Below, piece by piece: positions 55,801 through 64,000 of a DNA stretch of 64,000 bases. The position numbers and the translations under genes are program-made. Origin of the DNA: Eledone cirrhosa. Taxonomy: Eukaryota. Location of the stretch: contig OZ024741.1 in NCBI GenBank assembly GCA_964016885.1, forward strand, positions 306,528,001-306,592,000, written 5' to 3'. The stretch's first letter is position 1. Every line of letters begins with the position of its first letter. The notes under the pieces were generated by a model. It was not told the origin of the DNA and did no database searches. It worked only from the letters and a program-made list of their open reading frames with translations.

Positions 55801-58800
55801 CTATACACTAATGTCATGATAAAATACACTCAATACACTTTGTAAATTGTAGGAATGTACAGGATCAAGATGCTGCCCTCAGCCCCTCTGTGAAGACAAT
55901 GGTCCAATTGTGTGCTGATATGGCAATGATGACAAAAGCAACACAAACTTGAGTTATCTTATTCTTCGTTGTATATAAATACACTACTCAAATTTTCTTC
56001 ATTTACATACATACAGACTCCTATGACAGTGTGCATGTGTGTGTGTGTGTATGTGTGTGTTTATATAATCTGAAACAGACGTATATTTAACAGTTCACTG
56101 AAAGTTGATAAAATAAGGTAAGAACTTAGAACTTTGGGTTGTACATAAACTTTCCTGACATGTGACTTGCCCCATCATTGAGCAGCTACATTTATTACTG
56201 CCATTAGCACTCATGGATATTACACCTGCTTTCTATGTGACACCTTCGTAAACACATGTCACTGCTGCTAATAAAAAAAAAGTGAGCTGAATTCACAGAT
56301 TAAGGCTGTATTACATGGAAGGAAAGGAAAAGATCTTAACTCCTAATGGAGCACACATCCCTCTTTAGGTATCAACACAGCTAATTTCGTCCAGAGAAGA
56401 GTGAGAGAAAGATAAGGAAATGTAGAAATATAAAAAAATTGAGCCCAGTACTGGACTGGTACTTTATTTATCAACCACAAAGTATCCCTAAAGATGAAAG
56501 GCAAAGTTGAGCTTAATGGGATTTGAACACAGAATATAATGAGTCAGGAAAATACAAGGGTATTTAATCTGATGTCCTGACTCTTTTAATTCATGACCTT
56601 TGTATAATATGAATCAATGAGATTCTACTATTTTCATACATTGATCAAAAACAGAGTTTTCATCATAAAGGTAGCTGAATGTAAATTCAATCCATCTTCA
56701 ACAATGAGAGCCACTGACTGAGTAAAGAGTATCCTAGACTAGATCTACGACATGTGTCTCTTTCTCTTCATTATGCACCTGATTTTCACAAATAAAATAA
56801 TTTCATACTACAGTTTAGTAAACTGATGGACACAGAATTTGAACTGAAATAACCATATAGCATGAAAGAAAGGCTTACAAAGAATTAATTATTAGTGTCA
56901 CAAAAGGTCTACAGACACAAAATGATTAGCCCACAATTTTTTGTTTTTCAACTTTAAATTCTTCCTCCTCCAAACCTTAAGCATAACAGAGACAATCTGT
57001 ACTCGCCTTACTATGTAGGCCTTTGTATTGAAGCTAACCAGGTAATATGGGGAAATTATTAAGTTAAATTAAATCTAGGCTGAAATGTTGATATATACAG
57101 AGTGAATAACAATTAAAACATACTTGATATTAGGAATCCCATAGTGGATTATTATAATAATTGTTTCTACTTTTGGCACAAGGCCAGCAATTATCCCACT
57201 GTATTACTGGTACTTTATTTTATCGACCCCGTAAGTATGAAAAGCAAAGTTAAACTTGGCGGTATTTGAACCCACAACGCAAAGGGCCGTAACTCCATGT
57301 TGCAATGCATTGTGTCCAACCCTCTACTGATACTGCCAATCAACCGCCATTATAATAATATCTAGGGTGGTGAATTGGCAGTATCGGTAGAGGGTCGGAC
57401 GCCATGCTTTCCAGCATAGTTACGTCCCTTTACGGTCTGAGTTCAAATCCCGTCGAGGTTAACTTTACCTTTCAACCTTACCGGGTCGATAAAATAAAGT
57501 ACCAGTAATATAATTGCTGGTCTTGTGCCAAAAGTAGAAAGAATTATAATAATATCTAATTAAGACACAAGACCACTAAATTTCAGGGAAAAGGCAAAGT
57601 ACTGAATGAATCTCAATATTTGACTGATTACTTTATTTCATCAACTACAGTGGTATGAAAGGGAAAGTTGACCTAAGCGATATGTAAACTCAAATCTTCA
57701 GAGCCAGAACATATACCACAATAGCATTTTATTTGATGATCTATCAATTCTGCCATTCCACTACACTAATAATTATAATAATTGTTTCTATTTTTGGCAC
57801 AAGGCCAGCAATCATCCAGTGTATTACTGGTACTTTATTTTATCGACCCCGTAAGGATGAAAGGCAAAGTTAATCTTGGCGGGATTTGAACTCAGAATGG
57901 CCGTAACTCTATGCGTCAAAGCATGGCGTCCGACCCTCTACCGATACTGCCAATCCACATAGAATTTGTATTATGCATTTACCATTTACAATATTCTACA
58001 TTATATATTCATTGAAAAGGCTTTACCTCACATAATATGTAATCTACGAGATTTTTATGTTATCTATTTTCAGAGCAATAAGTTAACACCAGCCAAAGCA
58101 GCGGCTTACAGCCAGCTTGAACAGAAAGAGGTGAGAGAATTCTGGCCAAACACAGTTAGTTTGAATGCTAAAAGGTTAAAAATATATATGAGAATATGGT
58201 CACATGTACAATCAAATAACCAAATGATTTGTTCTGCATTCTCACACCTAAATAAAATAGAATAATCTAAAGTTAAAATGTGTGATGGTGGTTACTGACA
58301 TACAGGAAACTTGCGATAGACAAATTTACCAAATGACCACATCCCGTTGTTTTACGCACTAGGAGCATATCTATACCAGAATTCCACTACAAAACCTAGA
58401 CAGTTGCTTCATCACTCAACATAAATATTACTCTATACACTAACGCAATGATAAAATACACTCAATACACTTTGTAAATTGTAGGAATTAACAGGATCAA
58501 GATGCTGCCCTCAGCCCCTCTGTGAGGACAATGGCCCAATTGTGTGCTGACATGGTCTGTGATAACTCATCTAATCTATGCTAGCATGGAAAAGTAGATT
58601 TTAATTGACAATGGTGATGACAGGACCACAAACATGAGATCTTATTCTTAGTTGTATATGAATACACTACTGAAACTTTTCTTCCTTTACATGCACACTC
58701 CTATGAGAGTGTGTGTGTGTATTTATATAATCTGCAACAGACATATATTTAACTGTTCACTAAAAGTTGATAAAATAATGATTAGCCCACAGTTTCTTTG

Positions 58801-61800
58801 TTTTTCAACTGCAAAATTCTTCCTCCTCCAAACTTTAAGCATACCATAGACAATCTGTACTCCCCTTACTATGTAGGCCGTATTGAAGCTAACCAGGAAA
58901 TATGGGGAAATTATTAAGTTAAATTAAATCTAGGCTGAAATGTTGATGTATACAGATTGAATAACTATTAAAACATACTTGGTATTTGGAATCTCATAGT
59001 GGATTATTATAATAATTGTGTCTACTTTTGGCACTAGGCCAGAAATTATCACAGTGCATTACTGGTACTTTATTTTATCGACCCCGTAAGAAAGAAAGGC
59101 AAAGTTAACCTCGGCGGCATTTGAACTCAGAATAGCAAGGGCTGTAACTCTATGCATCAAAGCATGGTGTCCGACCCTCTACCGATACTGCCAATCCACG
59201 GATCCAATAATGATATCTAATTAAGACAAAAGAACACTGAAAATTTTGGAGTAAAGCCAAACAGCATTGAATGAGTATCAATATTTAACTGATTACTTTA
59301 TTTCATCAACTCTGGGGGTATGAAAGGGTAAGTTAACTAAGTGATATGTAAACTCAAATCTTCAGAGCACAATTTATACCGCAATAGCATTTCATCTGAT
59401 GCTGTATTAATTCTGCCGATCCACTACACTAATAATTATCATAATAATAGAATTTGTATTAACCCTGAAACATTTATATTACTCTACACCTAATATTATA
59501 TATTCATGGTAAAGGATTTACCTCACATAATTATAACAGAGAAAATCGAATCTACAAGATGTTGACATTATTTATTTTGAGAAAAAATACATTAATATCA
59601 GTAAGCAGCCAGTTACAGCCAATTTGAAAAAAAGTGATGAGAGAATTCTAGCAAAACATGGCTGGTTTAAATGCTAAAGTGTTAAGCATACATATATTAT
59701 AAATATACCTTCACATGTACAATCAAATAACCAAATAATTTGTTCTGCAGTCTTGTGCATAAATCGAATAAAATGTTCTAAAGTTAAAATGTGTAATGGT
59801 GGTTACTGACATACAGGAGAGTTGTGATAGACAAATTTACCAAATGACCACATTCCGTTGTTTAACTAAACTCTTAAGTACTAGGAGCATATCCATACCA
59901 CAATTCCACTACAAAACCTAGGCAGTTGCTCCATCATTCAACATACACACTTACCATATGTTCATAAACATTACTCTATACACTAAAGCCATGATAAAAT
60001 ACACTCAATACACTTTGTAAATTGTAGGAATGTACAGGATCAAGTTGCTGTCCTCAGCCACTCTGTGAGGACAAGTGTCCAATTGTGTGCTGACATGATC
60101 TGTGATAACTCATTTAATCTATGCTAGCATAGAAAAGTAGATTTTAAATGACAATGACCATGACAGCAACACAAACATGAGAACTTATTCTTAGTTGTAT
60201 ATGAATACATACACTACTCAAACTTTTCTTCATTTACATAGACGCAGACTCCTATGAGAGTGTGTGTGTAAGAGTATGTGTGTGTTTAGATAATCTGCAA
60301 CAAACATATATTTAACTGTTCACTAAAAGTTGATAAAATAAAGCAAGAACATACATTTTGGGGTGGAACATGAAGTTTCTTGACAAGTGACTTTCCCCAT
60401 TGCTGAGCAGCTACATTTATCACAGCCATTAACACCCATGAACATTACACCGACTTTGTATGTGACACCTTCGTACACACATGTCACTGATGCTAATAAA
60501 AAAAAAGTGAGCTGGATTAACAAATTGAGGCTGTATTATGTGAAAGGAAAGTTCAAAACTATCTTAACTCCTAATGGAGCACATATCCCTTTTTAAGTAT
60601 CAACACAGCTAATTTCTTCCACAGAAGAGTTAGAGAAATATAAGGAAATGTAGAAATATAGAAAAATTGGGCCCAGTACTGGACTGGTACCTTATTTATC
60701 ACATACAATAAATCCCTAAAGATGAAAGGCCTAAGTTGAGCTTAATGCGATTTGAACATATAGTGAGTGAGAAAAGATACAAGGGTATTTAATCTGATGT
60801 TCTGACTCTTTTAATTCATGACCTTTGTATAATATGAAACAATAAAAATCTACTATTGTCATACATTGATCAAAGACAGAGTTTTCATCGCAAAGGTAGA
60901 TGCATGTAAATTCAAACCATCTTCAACAATCAGAGCCAGTGCCTGAGTAAAGAGTATCCTAGACTAGCTCTACAACATGTGTCCCTTTCTCTTCATTATG
61001 CACCTCATTTACACAAATAAACTAATTTCATACTACAATTTAGTAAACTGATGGACACAGAATTTGAACTGAAATCTCAAGAAAACCATATAGCAAGAAA
61101 GAAAACTTTTAAAACATACTTCGTATTTGGAATCTCATAGTGGTTTCTTATAATAATTGTTTCTACTTTTGGCACAAGACCAGCAATTATCCCAGTGTAT
61201 TACTGGTACTTTATTTTATCGACCATGTAGGGTTGAAAGGCAAAGTTAACCTCGGCGAGATTTGAAATCAGACCATAAAGGGCCGTAACTCTTTGCTGCA
61301 AAGTATGGTGTTTGACCCTCTACCGATACTGCCAATCCACGGATCCAATAATGATATTTAATTAAGACACAAAAACACTACATTTTGGGGTAAAGCTAAA
61401 CAACATTGAATGAATCTCAATATTTGACTGATTACTTTATTTCATCAACTCAGAGAGTATGAAAGGGTAAGTTAACTAAGTGATATGTAAACACAAATCT
61501 TCGCAATAGCATTTCATCTGATGCTGTATTAATTCTGCCGATCCACTACACTAATAATTATCATAATAATAGAATTTATATTAACCCTGAAACATTTACA
61601 TTACTCTACACCTAATATTATATATTCATGGTAAAGGCTTTACCTCACATAATTATCTCACAGAAAATCGAATCTACAAGATGTTGATATTATTTATTTT
61701 GAAAAAAAATACATTAATGTCAGTAAGCAGCCAGTTACAGCCAGTTTGAACAAAAAGTGATGAGAGAATTCTGGCAGAACATGGCTGATTTAAATGCTAA

Positions 61801-62538
61801 CGGGTTCAGCACAGATATATTATAAATATACCTTCACATGTACAATCAAATAACCAAATGATTTGTTCTGCAATCTTGGGCATAAATCAAATAGAATGTC
61901 CTAAAGTTAAAATGTGAAATGGTAGTTACTGACATACAGGAAAGTTGCGATAGACAAATTTCTCAAATGACTACATCCCGTTGTTTAACTAAACTGCTAA
62001 GCACTAGGAGCATTTCCATACCACAATTCCACTACAAAACCTAGGCAGTTGCTCCATCACTCAACATACACTTTGTAAATTGTAGGAATGTACAGAATCA
62101 AGATGCTACCCTCAGCCACTCTGTGAGAACAATGGTCCAATTGTGTGCTGACATGGTCTATGATAACTCATCTAATCTATGCTAGCATGGAAAAGTAGAT
62201 TTTAAATGACAATGACCAGGACAGCAACACAAACATGAGATCTTATTCTTAGGTGTATATGAATACACTACTCAAACTTTCCTTCATTTACATAGACGCA
62301 GACTCCTATGAGTGTGTGTGTATGAGTATGTGTGTGTTTATATAATCTGCAACAGACATATATTTAACTGTTCACTAAAAGTTGATAAACTAAGGCAAGA
62401 ACTTACATTCTGTGGTGGAACATGAAGTTTCTTGACAAGTGACTTTTCCCATCGCTGAGCAGCTACACTTATCACAGCCATTAACACCCATGAACATTAC
62501 ACCGACTTTGTATGTGACACCTTCGTAAACACATGACA
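24049..62538 (-). CDS. Partial multi-exon gene: tandem Cys-rich half-VWC/pacifastin-like repeat protein (12 intact symmetric exons in window)
   Basis: One exon per tandem unit, each with a polypyrimidine tract + AG acceptor and a GT donor, length a multiple of 3, phase 1-1, and the same 6-Cys motif. No start or stop exon identified. Confidence 0.82.
26950..27117 (-). CDS. Extended repeat exon: VIKSPMKISVYGVTCEYKGVIYKAGVIFWSVNGCDKCRCSKMGKVSCQENLCSTAN
   Basis: Long poly-T tract + gcagcag|TT acceptor, donor G|gtaatt, 168 nt, phase 1-1. Confidence 0.8.
29221..30381 (+). mobile_element. 5'-truncated RTE insertion in the array
   Basis: LLYADDL, WVHKRCSG and GSETWA motifs with stops; long GAT/GGT tail; empty site aatgacaatgatgacagcaac in other units. 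Confidence 0.92.
30571..30702 (-). CDS. Repeat exon: VTCVYHGITYKVGVMFMSVNGCDKCSCLRTGKVSCQESLCATPQ
   Basis: NAGNAG acceptor (alternative start 30705) with a short polypyrimidine tract, donor G|gtaagt, open frame. Confidence 0.8.
32188..32686. mobile_element. Unclassified ~500 bp insertion unique to one unit
   Basis: Interrupts the consensus cctatgcta|gcatggaaaag; CpG-containing; includes palindrome ttggctgaattcagccaa. Confidence 0.6.
32910..33041 (-). CDS. Repeat exon: VTCVYQGITYKAGVMFMSVNGCDKCSCSRMGKVTCQESSCTSQN
   Basis: NAGNAG acceptor (alternative start 33044), donor T|gtaagt, open frame. Confidence 0.85.
33696..34837 (-). mobile_element. Non-autonomous Helitron-like element
   Basis: Minus strand begins TC(TAATATAT), ends with hairpin cccgggtgcaaccggg then CTAG, inserted between A and T with no TSD. 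Confidence 0.75.
35328..37296 (+). mobile_element. Young 5'-truncated RTE LINE (RT + PHD-like finger), one frameshift
   Basis: ORFs 35379..35987 and 36074..37003; 1-bp deletion near 35870 relative to the 14.5 kb paralogue; GACA on both flanks; GAT tail. Confidence 0.95.
38409..38540 (-). CDS. Repeat exon: VTCVYQGIIYKAGVIFMSINGCDKCSCSRMGKVTCQETSCSTTK
   Basis: NAGNAG acceptor (alternative start 38543), donor T|gtaagt; lies within ORF 38377..38577. Confidence 0.85.
39131..39427. mobile_element. Unclassified ~300 bp insertion in (TA)n, with a second copy at ~42930-43235
   Basis: Same sequence at the same unit position in two adjacent units; absent from the other units. Confidence 0.7.
41011..41142 (-). 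CDS. Repeat exon: VTCVYQGITYKAGVMFMGVNGCDKCSCSRMGEVKCQETSCSTTK
   Basis: NAGNAG acceptor (alternative start 41145), donor T|gtaagt, open frame. Confidence 0.85.
41470..42572 (+). mobile_element. Young 5'-truncated RTE LINE with an open 3' ORF
   Basis: ORF 41502..42545 (347 aa) is uninterrupted and followed directly by a (GAT)n tail. Confidence 0.95.
42664..42747 (-). mobile_element. 84 bp non-LTR retroposon 3' fragment with 8 bp TSD
   Basis: TSD aaaggtct at 42656-42663 and 42748-42755; (TCTGAG)n tail on the minus strand. Confidence 0.7.
43749..43935 (+). mobile_element. tRNA-derived SINE inserted opposite to the resident copies
   Basis: ggcagtatcggtag..gagttcaaatccc..gtagaaacaattatt on the plus strand. 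Confidence 0.85.
44353..44648 (-). mobile_element. RTE 3' UTR-only insertion
   Basis: Reverse complement of ~37010-37296; (CAT)n tail. Confidence 0.88.
44776..45568 (+). mobile_element. Non-autonomous Helitron-like element
   Basis: Starts TCTATATATATAAAA, ends with an imperfect GC hairpin (cccaagcaacgccggg) then CTAG; exact A|T insertion into consensus acactaa|taacatg, no TSD. Confidence 0.85.
45931..46062 (-). CDS. Repeat exon: VTCVYQGITYKAGVMFMSINGCDKCSCSRMGKVTCQETSCSTTK
   Basis: NAGNAG acceptor (alternative start 46065), donor T|gtaagt, open frame. Confidence 0.85.
48166..48297 (-). CDS. Repeat exon: VTCVYQGITYKAGVMFMSFNGCDKCSCSRMGKVTCHETSCSTTN
   Basis: Acceptor ttgcagcag|TG (NAGNAG, alternative start 48300), donor T|gtaagt. 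Confidence 0.85.
49830..50639. mobile_element. Probable solo LTR (810 bp)
   Basis: 4 bp TSD CACT; termini TGTAGCG..CGTTATA (decayed TG..CA); internal direct repeats at ~50400-50575. Confidence 0.7.
50969..51100 (-). CDS. Repeat exon: VTCEYEGVTYKAGVMFISVNGCDKCSCSRMGKVSCQKSLCSTSQ
   Basis: Acceptor ttagctgcag|TG, donor G|gtaagt, 132 nt; lies within ORF 50934..51137. Confidence 0.85.
51961..53109 (+). mobile_element. Older truncated RTE insertion, no tail
   Basis: ORFs 52269..52544 and 52641..52895 with RTE motifs and several stops. Confidence 0.9.
53212..53343 (-). CDS. Repeat exon: VTCVYQGITYKAGVMFLSVNGCDKCSCSRTGKVSCQESSCTSPN
   Basis: Acceptor tttgacgcag|TG, donor T|gtaagt, 132 nt; lies within ORF 53177..53380. 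Confidence 0.85.
54775..55035 (-). mobile_element. SINE with RTE-type tail, 5'-truncated (same family as 6608-6948)
   Basis: Reverse complement matches ~6690-6935. Confidence 0.8.
55282..55715. mobile_element. Solo LTR (434 bp)
   Basis: TGTAACGAA..TTCACTACA termini, 4 bp TSD TATC; the empty site is seen in other units. Confidence 0.8.
56130..56261 (-). pseudogene. Pseudoexon copy of the Cys-rich module
   Basis: In-frame TAG at 56233-56235 (Tyr->stop), GCD->GSN (loss of Cys2), F->S, and donor GT->CT (plus strand cttag instead of cttac at 56125-56129). Confidence 0.85.
57365..57543 (+). mobile_element. tRNA-derived SINE, recent, opposite orientation
   Basis: TSD ttataataatatcta on both flanks; intact A and B boxes. 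Confidence 0.88.
60355..60486 (-). CDS. Repeat exon: VTCVYEGVTYKVGVMFMGVNGCDKCSCSAMGKVTCQETSCSTPK
   Basis: Acceptor ttagcatcag|TG, donor T|gtatgt, 132 nt; lies within ORF 60323..60523. Confidence 0.85.
62407..62538 (-). CDS. Repeat exon: VSCVYEGVTYKVGVMFMGVNGCDKCSCSAMGKVTCQETSCSTTE
   Basis: Acceptor ttattagcagcag|TG, donor T|gtaagt, 132 nt, open frame, 6 Cys. Confidence 0.85.
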
Positions 62539-64000
62539 CTGCTGCTAATAAAAAAAAGTGAGCTGGATTAACAATTTAAGACTGTTTTATGTGAAACGAA
62601 AGTTCAAAAGGATCTTAACTCCTAAAGGAGCACACATCCCTCTTTAAGTATCAACACAGCTAATTTCGTCCAGAGAAGAGTGAGAGAAATATAAGGAAAT
62701 GTTAAAATATAGAAAAATGAGCCCAGTACTGGACTGGTACCTTATTTATCACATACAATAAATCCCTAAAGATGAAAGGCAAAGTTGAGCTTAATGCGAT
62801 TTGAACACAGATTATAGTGAGAGAGAAAAAATACAAGGCTTGTTCTGACTCTTTTAATTTATGACTTTTGTATCATATGAAACAATGAAATTCTACTATT
62901 GTCATACATTGATCAAAGACAGAGTTTTCATCATAAAGGTAGCTGAATGTAAATTCAAACCATCTTCAGCAATCAGAGCCAGTGCCTGTGTAATAAGTAT
63001 CCTAGAATAGCTCTACAACATGTGTCCCCTTCTCTTCATTATGCACCTCATTTTCACAAATAAACTAAGTTTATACTACAGTTTAATCAACTGATGGACA
63101 GAATTTGAACTGAAATCTCAAGAAAACCATATAGCATGGAAGGAAACTTTACAAAGAATTAATTATTAGTGTCACAAAAGGTCTACAGACACAAAATGAT
63201 TAGCCCATATTTTTTTGTTCATCAAGTTTAAATTTTTCCCCCTCCAAACTTTGTGCATACCATAGACAATCTGTACTCCCCTTACTATGTAGGCCTTTGT
63301 ATTGAAGCTAACCAGGTAATATGGGGAAATTATTTAGTTAAATTAAATATAGGCTGAAATATTGATATATACAGAGTGAATAACTATTAAAACATACTTG
63401 GTATTTGGAATCCAATAGTGGATTATTGTAATAAAGATATCTAATTAAGACACAAGAACACTAAATTTTGGGGTAAAGCCAAAGTACATTGAATGAATCT
63501 CAATATTTGACTGATTACTTTATTGCATGATCTCCAGGGGTATGAAAGGGTAAGTTAACTAAGTGATATGTAAACTCAAATCTTCGGAGCACATGTTAAA
63601 CCGCAATAGCATTTCATCTTATGCTGTATTAATTCTGCTGATCCACTACACTAATAATTATCATAATAATAGAATTTGTATTAACCGTGAAACATTTACC
63701 TTACTCTACACCTAATATTATATATTCATGGTAAAGGCTTTACCTCACTTAATTATCTCATAGAAAATCGAATCTACAAGATGTTGATAAAATTTATTTT
63801 GAGAAAAAATACATTAATATCAGTAAGCAGCCAGTTACAGCCAATGTGAACAAAAAGTGATGTGAGGATTCTAGCAGAACATGGCTGATTTAAATGCTAA
63901 GGGTTAAGCATACATATATTATAAATATACCTTCACATGTACAATCAAATAACCAAATGATTTGTTCTGAATTCTTGTGCATAAATCAAATAGAATGTTC

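Larger units (their letters stand above)
21955..64000. repeat. Tandem array of a ~2-3 kb exon+intron unit (about 14 units plus a partial one; continues past the window end)
   Basis: Landmarks recur in fixed order: gactgaaatctcaagaaaaccatat / SINE copies / TTAA MITE / ctaaagttaaaatgtgtgatggtggttactgac / gtaggaatgtacaggatcaagatg / (TG)n / exon / ggaaggaaaggaaaaggacc. Confidence 0.95.

Noticed and set aside
56233-56235. Rescue of the pseudoexon TAG by A-to-I editing (to Trp)
   Set aside because: The same copy also lacks the GT donor and a structural Cys, so editing would not restore it.

Overview
AT-rich eukaryotic genomic DNA. The repeat set (RTE LINEs with GAT tails, tRNA-derived SINEs, long (TA)n/(CA)n tracts) suggests an invertebrate, most likely an octopus-like cephalopod; this is an inference. 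Bases 1-21.9 kb are nested, decayed retrotransposons (RTE, BovB-type RTE, CR1-like), SINEs and fold-back MITEs. From about 21.95 kb to the window end the DNA is a tandem array of a ~2-3 kb unit. Each complete unit carries one minus-strand, phase-1/phase-1 exon (132 nt, or 168 nt in two copies) encoding a 6-Cys module, C-x18-CDKCxC-x3-G-x3-C-x4-C, of the half-VWC / pacifastin-like type. I find 12 intact exons, 1 pseudoexon (stop codon, lost Cys, dead donor) and 1 unit whose exon is deleted. The start and stop exons of this gene were not identified. Unit-specific insertions (RTE, Helitron, solo LTR, SINE, MITE) and shared deletions record how the array expanded.
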